Virus record (IMG/VR): IMGVR_UViG_3300042879_003989
Coordinates: 1-56,847 of that record
DNA length: 56,847 bases
Strand: one strand, 5' to 3'
From: a virus
Lineage: Duplodnaviria; Caudoviricetes
This document shows, in pieces, positions 27,010 to 35,824 of this stretch (position 1 is its first letter; each line of letters begins with the position of its first letter). The position numbers were made by a program, and so were the translations under genes. The notes under the pieces are model-generated. The model saw only the letters and a list, made by a program, of their open reading frames with translations. It had not been told where the DNA came from and searched no databases.

Positions 27010-27198
27010 TCAGCCGCCCAGCAGCGAGGTGCCACCCGTGTTCAGCGAGCTCGCCGCCACGCCCGACGGGCCGGTCAGCATCGTGCCGCCACCCATGCCG
27101 GCGGTGCGCCGCGCGCGGCGCTGCGCCATCGAGTCGGGCTGCTTGACCTCCTGCGGAGGCGGGGGCGGCGGGGGCATCGAGGGGGTGGACATGCACAT
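27010..27198 (-). CDS. Small virion assembly protein (gp7.3-like position)
   Basis: MC start, poly-Pro, ends LLGG; precedes the portal gene. Confidence 0.7.
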   Translation of the reverse strand: MCMSTPSMPPPPPPPQEVKQPDSMAQRRARRTAGMGGGTMLTGPSGVAASSLNTGGTSLLGG

Positions 27199-27203
27199 GG
27201 GGT

Positions 27204-27437
27204 TCAGCGCTCCATTGCGAGCAGGGTGTCATAGCGCCCGGGCAGGCCTCGCGTCGGCCCGCCGTCGCGCGCAGGCGCGTCGCTGCCGCCACCGCCGAGC
27301 ATGGTCGAGCGCGAGCGGCCACCGGCCACGCGCCGGGCCCCGGGCTGCACGCTTGAGCCGGTGCGCAGGGAACCGCCGACACCAGCGGGCGTGCTGGCGG
27401 CGATGGAGGTCTCCTGGCTCGAGCCCACGGCACACAT
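27204..27437 (-). CDS. Small virion-associated protein, probably leaderless
   Basis: MCAVGSS...; ATG 7 nt after the -10 of a late promoter. Confidence 0.55.
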   Translation of the reverse strand: MCAVGSSQETSIAASTPAGVGGSLRTGSSVQPGARRVAGGRSRSTMLGGGGSDAPARDGGPTRGLPGRYDTLLAMER

Positions 27438-27444
27438 GCGCGGC

Positions 27445-27477
27445 ATTGTGCGCACGGGCCGCCGGCCCACGGACACG
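27445..27477 (-). promoter_or_regulatory. Late-type promoter (CGTGTCCGT-N18-CACAAT)
   Basis: Conserved motif and spacing. Confidence 0.75.
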
Positions 27478-27481
27478 GCGG

Positions 27482-29089
27482 CTACATGCGGCCGAGCGGG
27501 TCGAAGTTGGTCACGCTGCTGGCCGTGTGAGACTGCATCTCGATGTAGCGCAGCGCCGGCACCTTGGGCGTCGGGATCGCAGCCAGGATCACCGCGCTCG
27601 CCCGGTCAGGCGAGCGGCCGACGCGGTCGATGATGTCCTCGCGGCTCTCGACCTTGATCGTCATCCCCGACATCTCCCAGCGCGGCGCGCACAGCTCCTT
27701 GGCCAGCTCGGGGTCAGGCGGCAAGCACACGGCCGCGTTCGACTCCGGGTCCAGCAGCTCGCGGAACTTCCACCACAACTGGCTGCGCAGGTTGAAGAAC
27801 GTGAGCCGGCCCGACTTGTCGGTTGTGGTCGCCTTCTCCGACACGTTGATGCCGTAGACCGGCTGGCTGGCCTTGTTCAGCACGTCGTAGGGGCTCGCGC
27901 CCACGCCGATCACGTCGATGTGGATCGGCGCATGGTCGCGGTGCTGCGCGATCACCAGGCCGGCCACGACGTGCCCGTCGGGCGTCTCCTTGCCCGGGTG
28001 CATCTGCAGGCGGTCGTACCAGTGCTCGGTCTCCTCGGTCTTGTGCCGCGGCGCCAGGACCGTGTTGTCCTTGCCGCCGCGCGCGACGTCGACGCCGAGC
28101 GCCATCATCTCGCCCTTGCGCAGGCGCTCGCGCCAGCGAGCCTGGGCCAACTCCACCCAGCGCGTCGGGATCACCTGCCACGGGTCATCGCCCACGCCGG
28201 CCTGGAAGTCGCCGAGCAGCATCTGGCTGCGCAGGGGCTCGGGCAGGGCCTGTAGCTGCTGCATGTAGCCCGTCGACACCAGGAACGGGTTGTCGGTGAT
28301 GCGGCTCGGGATGAACGTGCGCGACTCTGGCCGGATGATCTGCTCGGGCAGGTAGTCCTCGGGCCGGAAGTCGTAGACGCGCTGCGAGCCGTTCAGCACG
28401 AACGGCCGCGCGTCGTCGTCATCGACCCACACGTCCTTGCCGGTCTCGGGGTCGACGTACACGTAGCGCAGCGCGCCCGGCGCCGTCGGGTAGAGCGCGT
28501 GCTTCGTGTCCAGCCAGGGCGCGAAGAAGTCGATCACCCAGCGGCCCTCGGCCGTGGTCGGCGGGTTGAACGTGAGCAGCGTGCGCGTGCGCTGGCCGGG
28601 CCGCGTGGTGCGCACCCAGCCCTTCACGAAGCGCACCTGCTGCTCGAGGAAGTTGGCCGCCTCGTCGATGACCAGCAGGTCCTTGGGCCGGCCCTGGTAC
28701 TTGGTCTCGTCGCCCAGGTTGGGCATCGAGTTGAACTCGATCTGTCGCTCGCCGTCGCCGTACACCGGCGGGTTACCCGTCACGAGCTGCGGGCTCACGA
28801 GCTCCTTGAGCCGGTCGGTGATGCCCTTGAGCTGCGGGCCCTCACGACGGAACACTTGCGCGCGGTGGTGCTGCGTGAGCGCCAGGCCGATGGCCAGGTC
28901 GGTCTTGCCGCCGCCGGCCGCACCACCGAACCCGATCACGTCGGCCAGGCTCTCGTAGGCCATGGTCTGCGGGCCCGGCAACGGGCGCCACGGGCGCTGC
29001 TTGAGATCGGCCTCCAGCAGGTCGGTCAACTCGGCCCGCTCCTTCTCGGTCAGGAACGGCAAGACCGCGCGAACTTCGGCGGGGGTCAC
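27482..29089 (-). CDS. terL: Terminase large subunit
   Basis: GGAAGGGKT Walker A, IDEA Walker B, GVDVARGG.D, SPD.A nuclease motifs. Confidence 0.95.
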   Translation of the reverse strand: MTPAEVRAVLPFLTEKERAELTDLLEADLKQRPWRPLPGPQTMAYESLADVIGFGGAAGGGKTDLAIGLALTQHHRAQVFRREGPQLKGITDRLKELVSPQLVTGNPPVYGDGERQIEFNSMPNLGDETKYQGRPKDLLVIDEAANFLEQQVRFVKGWVRTTRPGQRTRTLLTFNPPTTAEGRWVIDFFAPWLDTKHALYPTAPGALRYVYVDPETGKDVWVDDDDARPFVLNGSQRVYDFRPEDYLPEQIIRPESRTFIPSRITDNPFLVSTGYMQQLQALPEPLRSQMLLGDFQAGVGDDPWQVIPTRWVELAQARWRERLRKGEMMALGVDVARGGKDNTVLAPRHKTEETEHWYDRLQMHPGKETPDGHVVAGLVIAQHRDHAPIHIDVIGVGASPYDVLNKASQPVYGINVSEKATTTDKSGRLTFFNLRSQLWWKFRELLDPESNAAVCLPPDPELAKELCAPRWEMSGMTIKVESREDIIDRVGRSPDRASAVILAAIPTPKVPALRYIEMQSHTASSVTNFDPLGRM

Positions 29090-29553
29090 ACCAGGTCGGC
29101 GATGTCGATGGTCGACTGCTTGCGGGCCTGCGCCAACGCCACGAGCTGGGCGATGCGGGCCGCGCGCGCCGTGTCGTCGACCTCCAGGCGCGCCGGCCCG
29201 CCGTCGGCGCCCGTGAGCTCGGTGCGGTCAGCAAACACCCGTTTGCGCCGGCCCTTGAGCAGCAGCGCCAGCAGCGAGTCGCTGTAGACCGTGCGCGTGC
29301 CGATGAGCTGGCCGCCCTGGTAGACCGGCTCCTCCACGCCCTCGATCGCTCGGCGCCGGGCCTCGCGCTCGAGCTTGTCGGCCGCCATGTCGATGGCCTC
29401 GTCGCAGGCCGCGTTGAACTCGGGGTCACTCTGCCGGCGGCGCCACACGTTCGAGCGGTCCACGCCAGCGGCCGCGGCCGCATCGGTCAGGATGCCGGTC
29501 TCGGCCAGGTGCGCCAGGAACGCGTCGGTCCAGAGTTGTCGGAGGTTACCCAT
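29086..29553 (-). CDS. terS: Terminase small subunit
   Basis: FL..L...G....AA..AGV.R HTH, LE.EA.RRA.EG, YSD.LL. Confidence 0.9.
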   Translation of the reverse strand: MGNLRQLWTDAFLAHLAETGILTDAAAAAGVDRSNVWRRRQSDPEFNAACDEAIDMAADKLEREARRRAIEGVEEPVYQGGQLIGTRTVYSDSLLALLLKGRRKRVFADRTELTGADGGPARLEVDDTARAARIAQLVALAQARKQSTIDIADLV

Positions 29554-29560
29554 CGTCGCG

Positions 29561-29593
29561 ACTCTACGAGCGCCCGCCGCGGTCACGGACACG
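29561..29593 (-). promoter_or_regulatory. Late-type promoter for terS (CGTGTCCGT-N18-TAGAGT)
   Basis: Conserved motif; ATG 7 nt downstream of the -10. Confidence 0.75.
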
Positions 29594-29833
29594 CACCCAG
29601 CCCGCGGCCAGTTGCCCGCGGCGCAGGCCGTGCACGATCTTCCAGACGCAGCCCTTGCTCACCTCCATCTTGCGGGCGATCTCGCCCAGGCTCAGGCCCT
29701 CCTCGCGCAGCCGGTGCACCAGCTCGACCTCGTGGTCGGTGAGCACCGCGCCAGGGTGATCCTGGCCAATGCGCCGGCGCTCGTCGTTGACTGCGACCAT
29801 GCGATTTTTCGCAGCTTTCTGCACACCTGTCAT
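29564..29833 (-). CDS. HTH DNA-binding protein, candidate late-gene activator
   Basis: G..HP.A.LT...V, GLSLGEIARKMEVSKGCVWKI HTH; start uncertain. Confidence 0.75.
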   Translation of the reverse strand: MTGVQKAAKNRMVAVNDERRRIGQDHPGAVLTDHEVELVHRLREEGLSLGEIARKMEVSKGCVWKIVHGLRRGQLAAGWVRVRDRGGRS

Positions 29834-29923
29834 GGGCCAGCCCTTTCCGCACTCAACGTGCAATTTCTTTCAAACACGATGCGTTGCGATGACCCACCAG
29901 TCCGCAAAAAATCCCACGGACCG

Positions 29924-30031
29924 TTGCACCACTGCACCGCCCCTAAAGGGGCGCGGTGCAGACGGTGCAAGCAACCGGCCCTCCGCACCATGCACCGCGA
30001 TGCACGGTGCAGTCGTGGTGCATGTGGTGCA
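29924..30031. repeat. TGCACC/GGTGCA iteron cluster, candidate replication origin
   Basis: About 10 exact or near copies in two convergent clusters, immediately downstream of the primase-helicase. Confidence 0.7.
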
Positions 30032-30057
30032 TCGCACATTTGCTTTTTTCCGCACAT

Positions 30058-32055
30058 TCAAACGACCGTCAGGCAGCCGTCTTCGATCCAGAACGGCGCG
30101 CTGTCACCCCTGGTGAGCGACTCCAACGCGCGCTTGACGTGCTGCTTTCGCGTGTCGCGCTTGCCCTGGTCGGGCTCGGCCAGGCGCCTGATCGACTCCT
30201 TGATCACCGCCTCGAGCTCGATTCCCGAGCTCTGCGCCTCGCCCATTTCCATGACCACCGCGTGCACCACGGTCTCCACCGGGCCCATCTTTCGGGCCAC
30301 CGTGCCCACCTTGAGCTCGGCCTCGGCCACCACGCAGGAGGTGATGGGGTCCAGGTCCTCGTCGACGCCGAGCTGGACGATCTGCAGCTCGAACCCCCAC
30401 TGCAGGCCGTCCTCGCCGTCCTTGTTCTTGGACAGGCGCAGCGAGCGCTGGCCGGTGGCGTCGTCGCGCAGCACCTCGATCTCGGCATCGGCCGCGGCGC
30501 GCAGGCCCGACCAGCCGCGCGCGCCCTTGGCCTGGTCCTTGCCGCTGTGGTGAATCAGGATCACGAGCGCGCCGGTCTTCTCGTGAATGCGCCGGCAGTG
30601 GCCGAGCGCGCGGCCCATGTCCTCGCCCGCGTTCTCGTTGCCGCCGGGCATGGTCTGGGCCAGCGTGTCGACCACGATCACCTCGGCCCCGCCCCAGGCC
30701 TGCACGCCCACCACCAGGTCGGCCGCGTCCTTGACCTCGAGCAGGTTGGGCGCGCCGTTGAGCACCGACATGGGCACTGTGCTCAGGTCCACGCCCTGGT
30801 GCTGCGCGTAGGCCGCCAAGCGCTTCCTGAACCCGTCCGCGCCCTCGGCAGCGATGTAGGCCACCCTGCCCTGGCGCACCTTGCGATCGCGCCACGTGGT
30901 GCCGCGCGCGATGGCCAGGACCATGTCGAGCACGGCGAAGCTCTTGCCGCTGCCGCTGGCCCCGTAGACCACCGCCAGCCCCGCCTGGGGCAGCACGCCC
31001 TTGACGATCCAGGCGCTGGCCGTGGCGCTCGCGAACGTGTGCACCGGCTGGAACTCGAAGCGCGGGGCCTTGGGCTCGGCGTCGGGCTCGGGCGATGCGC
31101 CCGGCCCCTGCATCTGCCCCTGGTCGACCAGCGCGTCGAACTCCTCGGCCGTGGCCGGGCCCGCATCGAGCGGGCGGCCGAGCATCTTGCCGATCGAGCG
31201 CATCGTCACCGGCTCGTGGCCCGGGCGGTGGCGGCCGAACGTTCGCCAGTGGGTCATCAGGTTGTCGCTGCCGCGGTACTTGGCGCCGCGGCTGGACCAC
31301 TCGTCCCAGAGCTGGAAGCCCTCGGGCCCGAGCTCGTGGTGCAGCGCCATGCCCACGCGCAGCCAGTGCTCGAAGCCCAGGTCAGCGTCGAGCTCGGAGA
31401 TCGCTGCGCGGCAGCGCTCGACGGTGAGGCCCAGCCGCTCGGTGCTGCCCGGCTCGCGCTCGGTGTCGCGATGGCCGAAGCGTCGGTTGACCTCGGCGAC
31501 GACGTGGTCGTTGAGCGGGGCGATCGTGTTGTCGGTGCCCACGAGCTCGACGAGCTCGAGCACGTTGCCGGTCCAGGTGACGAAGCCCTTGTCGCTGAAG
31601 GTCTCGAAGCCCCAGCGGCTTGAGGTGCTGGGCGACTTGGCGTTCGCGATGCGCCCGCGGTAGACCGCGTGCACGCCGGTGCCACTGGGTGAGAGCTCGG
31701 CGTAGGTGTCTGAGACCATCGCCAGCACCTCGGCATCGACCTGGTCGCCGCTCACGCAGTGGTCGAAGTCGAGCACCGTGACGTTGAACTCGGGCATGAG
31801 CGCCAGGCCCACGCCGTCGAAGCCCCGGCGCGCGGCGGCCGTGCGCGCGGCCTCGAACGTGGTGAGCTTGGCCCGGTCGGTGGAGCTGCCGTTCTGCCCG
31901 GTGCGGCGCTCGCCGCTGGCGTAGAACGGGATCTTGCGCGCCTTGCCCTGCTCGTCCTCCTCGAGCCGCCACATCAGCCAGCCGGGCAAGTCCTTGAGCT
32001 CGTCGGGAGCGGTGAGTTGGCGCACGTGGGGGGTGATGCGTGTCACGGCGCTCAT
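30058..32055 (-). CDS. Primase-polymerase/PriCT-2/AAA helicase fusion
   Basis: DFDHC, YAELSPSGTGVH; W.RVGMALH...G..LWDEWS; YGASGSGKS, VVDT, IHH.GKD, RG.S.L. Confidence 0.9.
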   Translation of the reverse strand: MSAVTRITPHVRQLTAPDELKDLPGWLMWRLEEDEQGKARKIPFYASGERRTGQNGSSTDRAKLTTFEAARTAAARRGFDGVGLALMPEFNVTVLDFDHCVSGDQVDAEVLAMVSDTYAELSPSGTGVHAVYRGRIANAKSPSTSSRWGFETFSDKGFVTWTGNVLELVELVGTDNTIAPLNDHVVAEVNRRFGHRDTEREPGSTERLGLTVERCRAAISELDADLGFEHWLRVGMALHHELGPEGFQLWDEWSSRGAKYRGSDNLMTHWRTFGRHRPGHEPVTMRSIGKMLGRPLDAGPATAEEFDALVDQGQMQGPGASPEPDAEPKAPRFEFQPVHTFASATASAWIVKGVLPQAGLAVVYGASGSGKSFAVLDMVLAIARGTTWRDRKVRQGRVAYIAAEGADGFRKRLAAYAQHQGVDLSTVPMSVLNGAPNLLEVKDAADLVVGVQAWGGAEVIVVDTLAQTMPGGNENAGEDMGRALGHCRRIHEKTGALVILIHHSGKDQAKGARGWSGLRAAADAEIEVLRDDATGQRSLRLSKNKDGEDGLQWGFELQIVQLGVDEDLDPITSCVVAEAELKVGTVARKMGPVETVVHAVVMEMGEAQSSGIELEAVIKESIRRLAEPDQGKRDTRKQHVKRALESLTRGDSAPFWIEDGCLTVV

Positions 32056-32058
32056 CGC

Positions 32059-32394
32059 TCAGTCGGCCGTGCCGCCCTCGGTCTCGGCGAGCATCTCGCC
32101 GGTCACGATCGGGAACTCGCTGGCGATCGCCCGGGCGCCGAGGCACTTGTGCGCGTACTCGCAGGCGCGGCAGGCCGGCACGAGGTCGGTGCGGTAGACC
32201 ACCGGCAGCCGGGCCTTGGAGGCCTTGGCCATGGCGCGCGTCTCGCGCTCGATGGCGCTGCCGAGCTCGGCGCTGCAGATCCGAAAGCCCCCGGAGAGCT
32301 GGTAGAGGTACTGCCGGCTGGTGCCGGCGCGCTCGGCCAGCAGCTCCTGCTCGTCGGGCGTGGCCGCCCGCATCCACAACTTCAGACTGTTCAT
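32059..32394 (-). CDS. Cro-like regulator
   Basis: Q..LA..AGTS..YL.QL HTH; divergent from the repressor; Cys cluster near the C-terminus. Confidence 0.8.
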   Translation of the reverse strand: MNSLKLWMRAATPDEQELLAERAGTSRQYLYQLSGGFRICSAELGSAIERETRAMAKASKARLPVVYRTDLVPACRACEYAHKCLGARAIASEFPIVTGEMLAETEGGTAD

Positions 32395-32423
32395 GCTTTT
32401 CGTGAGGGATATTGCGTTCCGTC

Positions 32424-32518
32424 ACTGTAGCAGACAGTAAAGGCTTTACATCAAGTGTTTCTTCGTGTCAGGCTACCGAGCGCCTCGTTGTGGGGCTGGC
32501 GGTCTATCATTTGCTGCA
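32424..32518. promoter_or_regulatory. Immunity switch region with divergent promoters and operator-like sites
   Basis: Degenerate 16-bp operators at 32426-32441 and 32503-32518; -10 TACAGT (minus, 32424-32429) and TATCAT (plus, 32505-32510). Confidence 0.65.
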
Positions 32519-32944
32519 ATGAGGACGATCTACGACATCCGTCGCGACAACCTGCGCACCCTGATGGGCCAGTGGGGCGGGCCGACGTCGCTGTCGAGGA
32601 AGCTGGGCCACTCCAACGGCAGCTACATCGCCCAGATCGCCGGGCCCAACCCCTCCCGCCAGATCAGCGAGAAGGTGGCGCGCGAGATCGAGGCCAAGCT
32701 CGAGCTGCCCCTGGGCTGGATGGACCAGGAGCACGCGCCGGTGCCAGACGCGCTGGACGACCAGGGCCTGACCGAGTGCGTGACGGCGGTGGCCACTGTG
32801 CTGCGTGACACATCTCTCAGACCGACACCGGCAGCCTACGCACAGCTCGTGTCCCTCGCCTACGATCGGTTCAAGCTGACAGGACGCATCGACGAGCCGT
32901 TCCTGCAGCGGCTGGTGTCGTTACTACCCAAGGAGGAAAAATGA
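32519..32944 (+). CDS. CI-like repressor (XRE-like HTH, no S24 peptidase domain seen)
   Basis: IRR.NL..L....GG...LS..LG....YI.QI, R.I.EK.AR.IE..L.LP.GWMD. Confidence 0.85.
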   Translation: MRTIYDIRRDNLRTLMGQWGGPTSLSRKLGHSNGSYIAQIAGPNPSRQISEKVAREIEAKLELPLGWMDQEHAPVPDALDDQGLTECVTAVATVLRDTSLRPTPAAYAQLVSLAYDRFKLTGRIDEPFLQRLVSLLPKEEK

Positions 32945-33108
32945 GAAACGTCGAAATTGAACAGCGCATCAAGTACTTAGTTGAGCACGGCGGCTTGTGG
33001 GATGACCCGCTCGCGGACATACGAAAACAGCTCCGGCTGCAGCGCATGCTCACCGGCGTGCTGGCCCTGGCCCTGGTGATCGACCTGATCGTGACCCTGT
33101 CGCGCTGA
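32941..33108 (+). CDS. 55-aa membrane-anchored protein co-transcribed with the repressor
   Basis: AAGGAGG SD, ATGA overlap, C-terminal TM helix. Confidence 0.75.
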   Translation: MRNVEIEQRIKYLVEHGGLWDDPLADIRKQLRLQRMLTGVLALALVIDLIVTLSR

Positions 33109-33123
33109 ACGCCTTGCCCGGAT

Positions 33124-33151
33124 AAAACCCCACGAGCCGGTGGGGTTTTTT
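33124..33151 (+). terminator. Intrinsic terminator, potentially bidirectional
   Basis: AAAACCCCAC-GAGCCG-GTGGGGTTTTTT. Confidence 0.88.
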
Positions 33152-33152
33152 G

Positions 33153-33181
33153 TTGCCGATGCCTTTAGCATTTGCTACAGT
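33153..33181 (+). promoter_or_regulatory. Early promoter/operator 1
   Basis: TTGCCG-17-TACAGT with palindrome TTTAGCA-TT-TGCTACA (33164-33179). Confidence 0.82.
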
Positions 33182-33188
33182 CGAAGCC

Positions 33189-33502
33189 ATCGACAACGCA
33201 ACCGGAGCACGACATGGCAGCCAAGCTCACCAAGACCCAGCAGCGCCTTCTGGAGCAGGCCAAGCGCCACGGTGGCGACTACTCGATTGAGACCGGCTCG
33301 GGGCGTGGAGCCAAGGGCGGCCGCATCTCTTACGGTGACCGCGAGCGTGCTGCGCTCTTTGCCCTGGAAGCCGCCGGCCTCGTGCGCATCACGTGGCGCC
33401 AGGGCAGCAACTGGTTCACCGGCAACGGCAACAGTGTCTACGGCACCGTGTTCGCTTACGAGATCGTCCAGTGATCGACATCGCAACCGGAGCAACGACA
33501 TG
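33189..33502 (+). repeat. 28-29 bp direct repeat of a translation-initiation region (33189-33216, 33474-33502)
   Basis: ATCGACAaCGCAACCGGAGCA-CGACATG vs ATCGACAtCGCAACCGGAGCAaCGACATG. Confidence 0.85.
33214..33474 (+). CDS. Early hypothetical protein (86 aa)
   Basis: GGAG SD; MAAKLTKTQQRLL. Confidence 0.75.
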   Translation: MAAKLTKTQQRLLEQAKRHGGDYSIETGSGRGAKGGRISYGDRERAALFALEAAGLVRITWRQGSNWFTGNGNSVYGTVFAYEIVQ

Positions 33503-33769
33503 AGCACCACCAAGATCACCATCAAGGGTCGCAAGTTGTACCGCGGCACTGCAGTCGTCGGCGAAATCACCGGCTGGCGCCAGATGACGGCCAAGTGGGG
33601 CGCCACCGGCCCGGGCTACGGCTTCAAGCTGATCAACGGTCGCGAGTGCGAGCCCTGCTATGCGTACTTCGACGAGACGGTCAAGGCCGCCAAGCGCGAG
33701 GCAGCGATGCTGCCGGCGATGCCCACTGACGACCAGTTCCTCGCCGCCCTCGGCCCTTGCGGCAAGTAA
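33500..33769 (+). CDS. Early hypothetical protein (89 aa)
   Basis: GGAG SD; MSTTKITIKGRK. Confidence 0.75.
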   Translation: MSTTKITIKGRKLYRGTAVVGEITGWRQMTAKWGATGPGYGFKLINGRECEPCYAYFDETVKAAKREAAMLPAMPTDDQFLAALGPCGK

Positions 33770-33787
33770 CCCTACCAGGAGCCCACC

Positions 33788-34033
33788 ATGCCCCGCTTCC
33801 AGTTCGCCCCCGGCCAGCGCGTCGCCTTCTCGCCGTCGGTCCTGCGCCTGGCCTACGACCAGCTCGAGGCGGCCCGCGCTCGCGGCACCGTGGTCGACGT
33901 GCGCGGAGGCATCGTCGCCGTTGACTTCCACGGCACCTGGGTGCAGGACGCGCTCACCGGCAGCAGCGTGCGCCGCATCCCGGCCGGCAACCTGACCCCC
34001 GTCCTGGCCGACGGCGTCGTCTTCTCCGACTGA
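33788..34033 (+). CDS. Early hypothetical protein (81 aa)
   Basis: AGGAG SD; beta-rich. Confidence 0.7.
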   Translation: MPRFQFAPGQRVAFSPSVLRLAYDQLEAARARGTVVDVRGGIVAVDFHGTWVQDALTGSSVRRIPAGNLTPVLADGVVFSD

Positions 34034-34062
34034 CCCTGCGCACACGTGCGTAAGGCCAACCC

Positions 34063-34091
34063 TTGCCCTATGCTGTAGCATCCGCTACAGT
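34063..34091 (+). promoter_or_regulatory. Early promoter/operator 2
   Basis: TTGCCC-17-TACAGT with TGTAGCA-TC-CGCTACA (34074-34089). Confidence 0.82.
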
Positions 34092-34123
34092 CCACACTCC
34101 GCAACTGCTAAAGGAGGAATCCC

Positions 34124-34567
34124 GTGATCTCCGTATCGTTCAACTTCTCCGACGTCGCGCAAGCCGCGGCGCTGTTCGCCAAGCTCGCCGGCACCGAGCT
34201 GGCGAGCGCCACGGTGGTGGGCCCGGCCCCCGCGCCGGCGGTCGCGGCTCCCGCCCCAAAGCCCCAGAAGCCGGCCAAGGCCGCGAGCCCGGCGCCTGTC
34301 GCCGAGCCGGTGGCTGCCCCGGCCCCGGCTACTGCGCCGCCCGTGGAGGCCCCAGCCCCGGCCGCTGCGCCCGCCGCTCCTGAGCCCGCGGCCGCGCCCG
34401 GCGTCGACTACCCGACGCTGCAGAAGGCGGTGCTCGCGCTCTACGCCAAGGACCGCGGCGCCGCCCAGGCGATCGCCACCGGCATGGGTTTCGCCAGCTA
34501 CAAGGTGATGCCCCCGGAGAAGTGGGCCGAGGCGCTCGAGCTCGTCAACGGTGCGCTGGGGGCCTGA
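34124..34567 (+). CDS. Pro/Ala-linker replication-module protein
   Basis: AAGGAGG SD, GTG start; usual neighbour of DUF2800. Confidence 0.75.
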   Translation: MISVSFNFSDVAQAAALFAKLAGTELASATVVGPAPAPAVAAPAPKPQKPAKAASPAPVAEPVAAPAPATAPPVEAPAPAAAPAAPEPAAAPGVDYPTLQKAVLALYAKDRGAAQAIATGMGFASYKVMPPEKWAEALELVNGALGA

Positions 34568-34569
34568 TC

Positions 34570-35811
34570 GTGGAGCACGCCCGCATCTTCTCCGCGAGTC
34601 AGCTCGACCGGCTCTTCGCCTGCCCGGGCAGCGCCGTGCTCACCGTCGAGATCCCGCGCACTTCCACCCAGTACAGCGCCTGGGGCACGGCCTGCCACGC
34701 CGTGGCGGCCGAAGCCCTGGCCGACGGCGACAAGGTCTACGCCGAGCTGCTCGGCACCAAGATCACCGCCGACGACTTCGAGTTCGACGTCGACGCCGAG
34801 ATGGTCGAGGTGGCCCGCGTGTACACCGACTACGTGCGCGACGTGGCCGGGCCCGACGGCACGATCCTGGTCGAGCAGCGCGTCGAATTCGGCCCGCACG
34901 TGGGCCTGCCGCCCGAGCACGAGGGCTTCGGCACCGCCGACGCGCTCGTGATCCGCGGCTCCGAGCTCATCGTCGTCGACCTCAAGACAGGCCGTGGCGT
35001 CGAGGTCGACGCCGACAGCTCGCAGCTAAAGGCCTACGCGATCGGCTGCCTGACGATCGCCGAGGAGGTCGCCGACATCGAGCGCGTGCGCCTGGTGATC
35101 GTGCAGCCGCGCAACGGCGGCGTGAAGGAGCACGACCTGTGGGTCGACGACCTGCGCGCCTGGGCCCGCGAGCAGGCCGCGCCCGCCTGCCGGCGCGTGC
35201 TCCAGGCCGTGGCCGACTTCAGCGTCGGGCATCTGAACCCTGGCGAGGAGCAGTGCCGGTTCTGCCCGGCCAAGGCCACGTGCCCGGCCCTGCGCGACGC
35301 GGTGGCCGACACCGTGCTCGGCACCACGCCGGCCAGCCCCGACGAGTTTGCCGAGGCCTACGTGAGCGCGCCCGACGAGCACACGCCCGAGGACTGGCTC
35401 GCCGCGGCCCTGGCGCGCGTCGACCTGATCGAGGACTGGTGCGCCGCCGTGCGCGCCGAGGCGCACCGCCGCCTGGCCGACGGCCTGCCGGTGCCGGGCT
35501 TCAAGCTTGTGCCGGGCAAGCGCGGTGCACGCGCCTGGACCGATGCGACGGCCGCCGAGGAGCTGCTGCGCAAGAAGTTCCGCCTGACCACCGAGCAGGC
35601 CTACGACCTCAAGCTGATCTCGCCCACCAGCGCCGAGAAGCTGGCCAAGGCCGGCGCGCTTGGGCCCCGCCAGTGGGCCAGCCTGCAGGAGCTGGTGTAC
35701 CAGCCCTCGGGCAAGCCCAACGTCGCCCCCGATTCCGATCCCCGTCCCGCCATCGTCGTCCGCGCGGTGGCCGAGGAATTCCCCACCGTCGCGGCATCCC
35801 CCACCACCTGA
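34570..35811 (+). CDS. DUF2800 (Cas4-like PD-(D/E)xK) nuclease
   Basis: HA..SAS...R...CPGS, GT..H, FGTAD, DLKTG.G, QL..YA, C.FC.AK..C. Confidence 0.88.
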   Translation: MEHARIFSASQLDRLFACPGSAVLTVEIPRTSTQYSAWGTACHAVAAEALADGDKVYAELLGTKITADDFEFDVDAEMVEVARVYTDYVRDVAGPDGTILVEQRVEFGPHVGLPPEHEGFGTADALVIRGSELIVVDLKTGRGVEVDADSSQLKAYAIGCLTIAEEVADIERVRLVIVQPRNGGVKEHDLWVDDLRAWAREQAAPACRRVLQAVADFSVGHLNPGEEQCRFCPAKATCPALRDAVADTVLGTTPASPDEFAEAYVSAPDEHTPEDWLAAALARVDLIEDWCAAVRAEAHRRLADGLPVPGFKLVPGKRGARAWTDATAAEELLRKKFRLTTEQAYDLKLISPTSAEKLAKAGALGPRQWASLQELVYQPSGKPNVAPDSDPRPAIVVRAVAEEFPTVAASPTT

Positions 35812-35824
35812 AAGGAGCCACAAC

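Noticed and set aside
29870-30061. 63-aa Cys/Thr ORF after the primase
   Set aside because: Composition is explained by the TGCACC iterons, despite the ATGA overlap
34570-35811. CRISPR-Cas association of the Cas4-like gene
   Set aside because: No array or other cas genes; ordinary phage replication context
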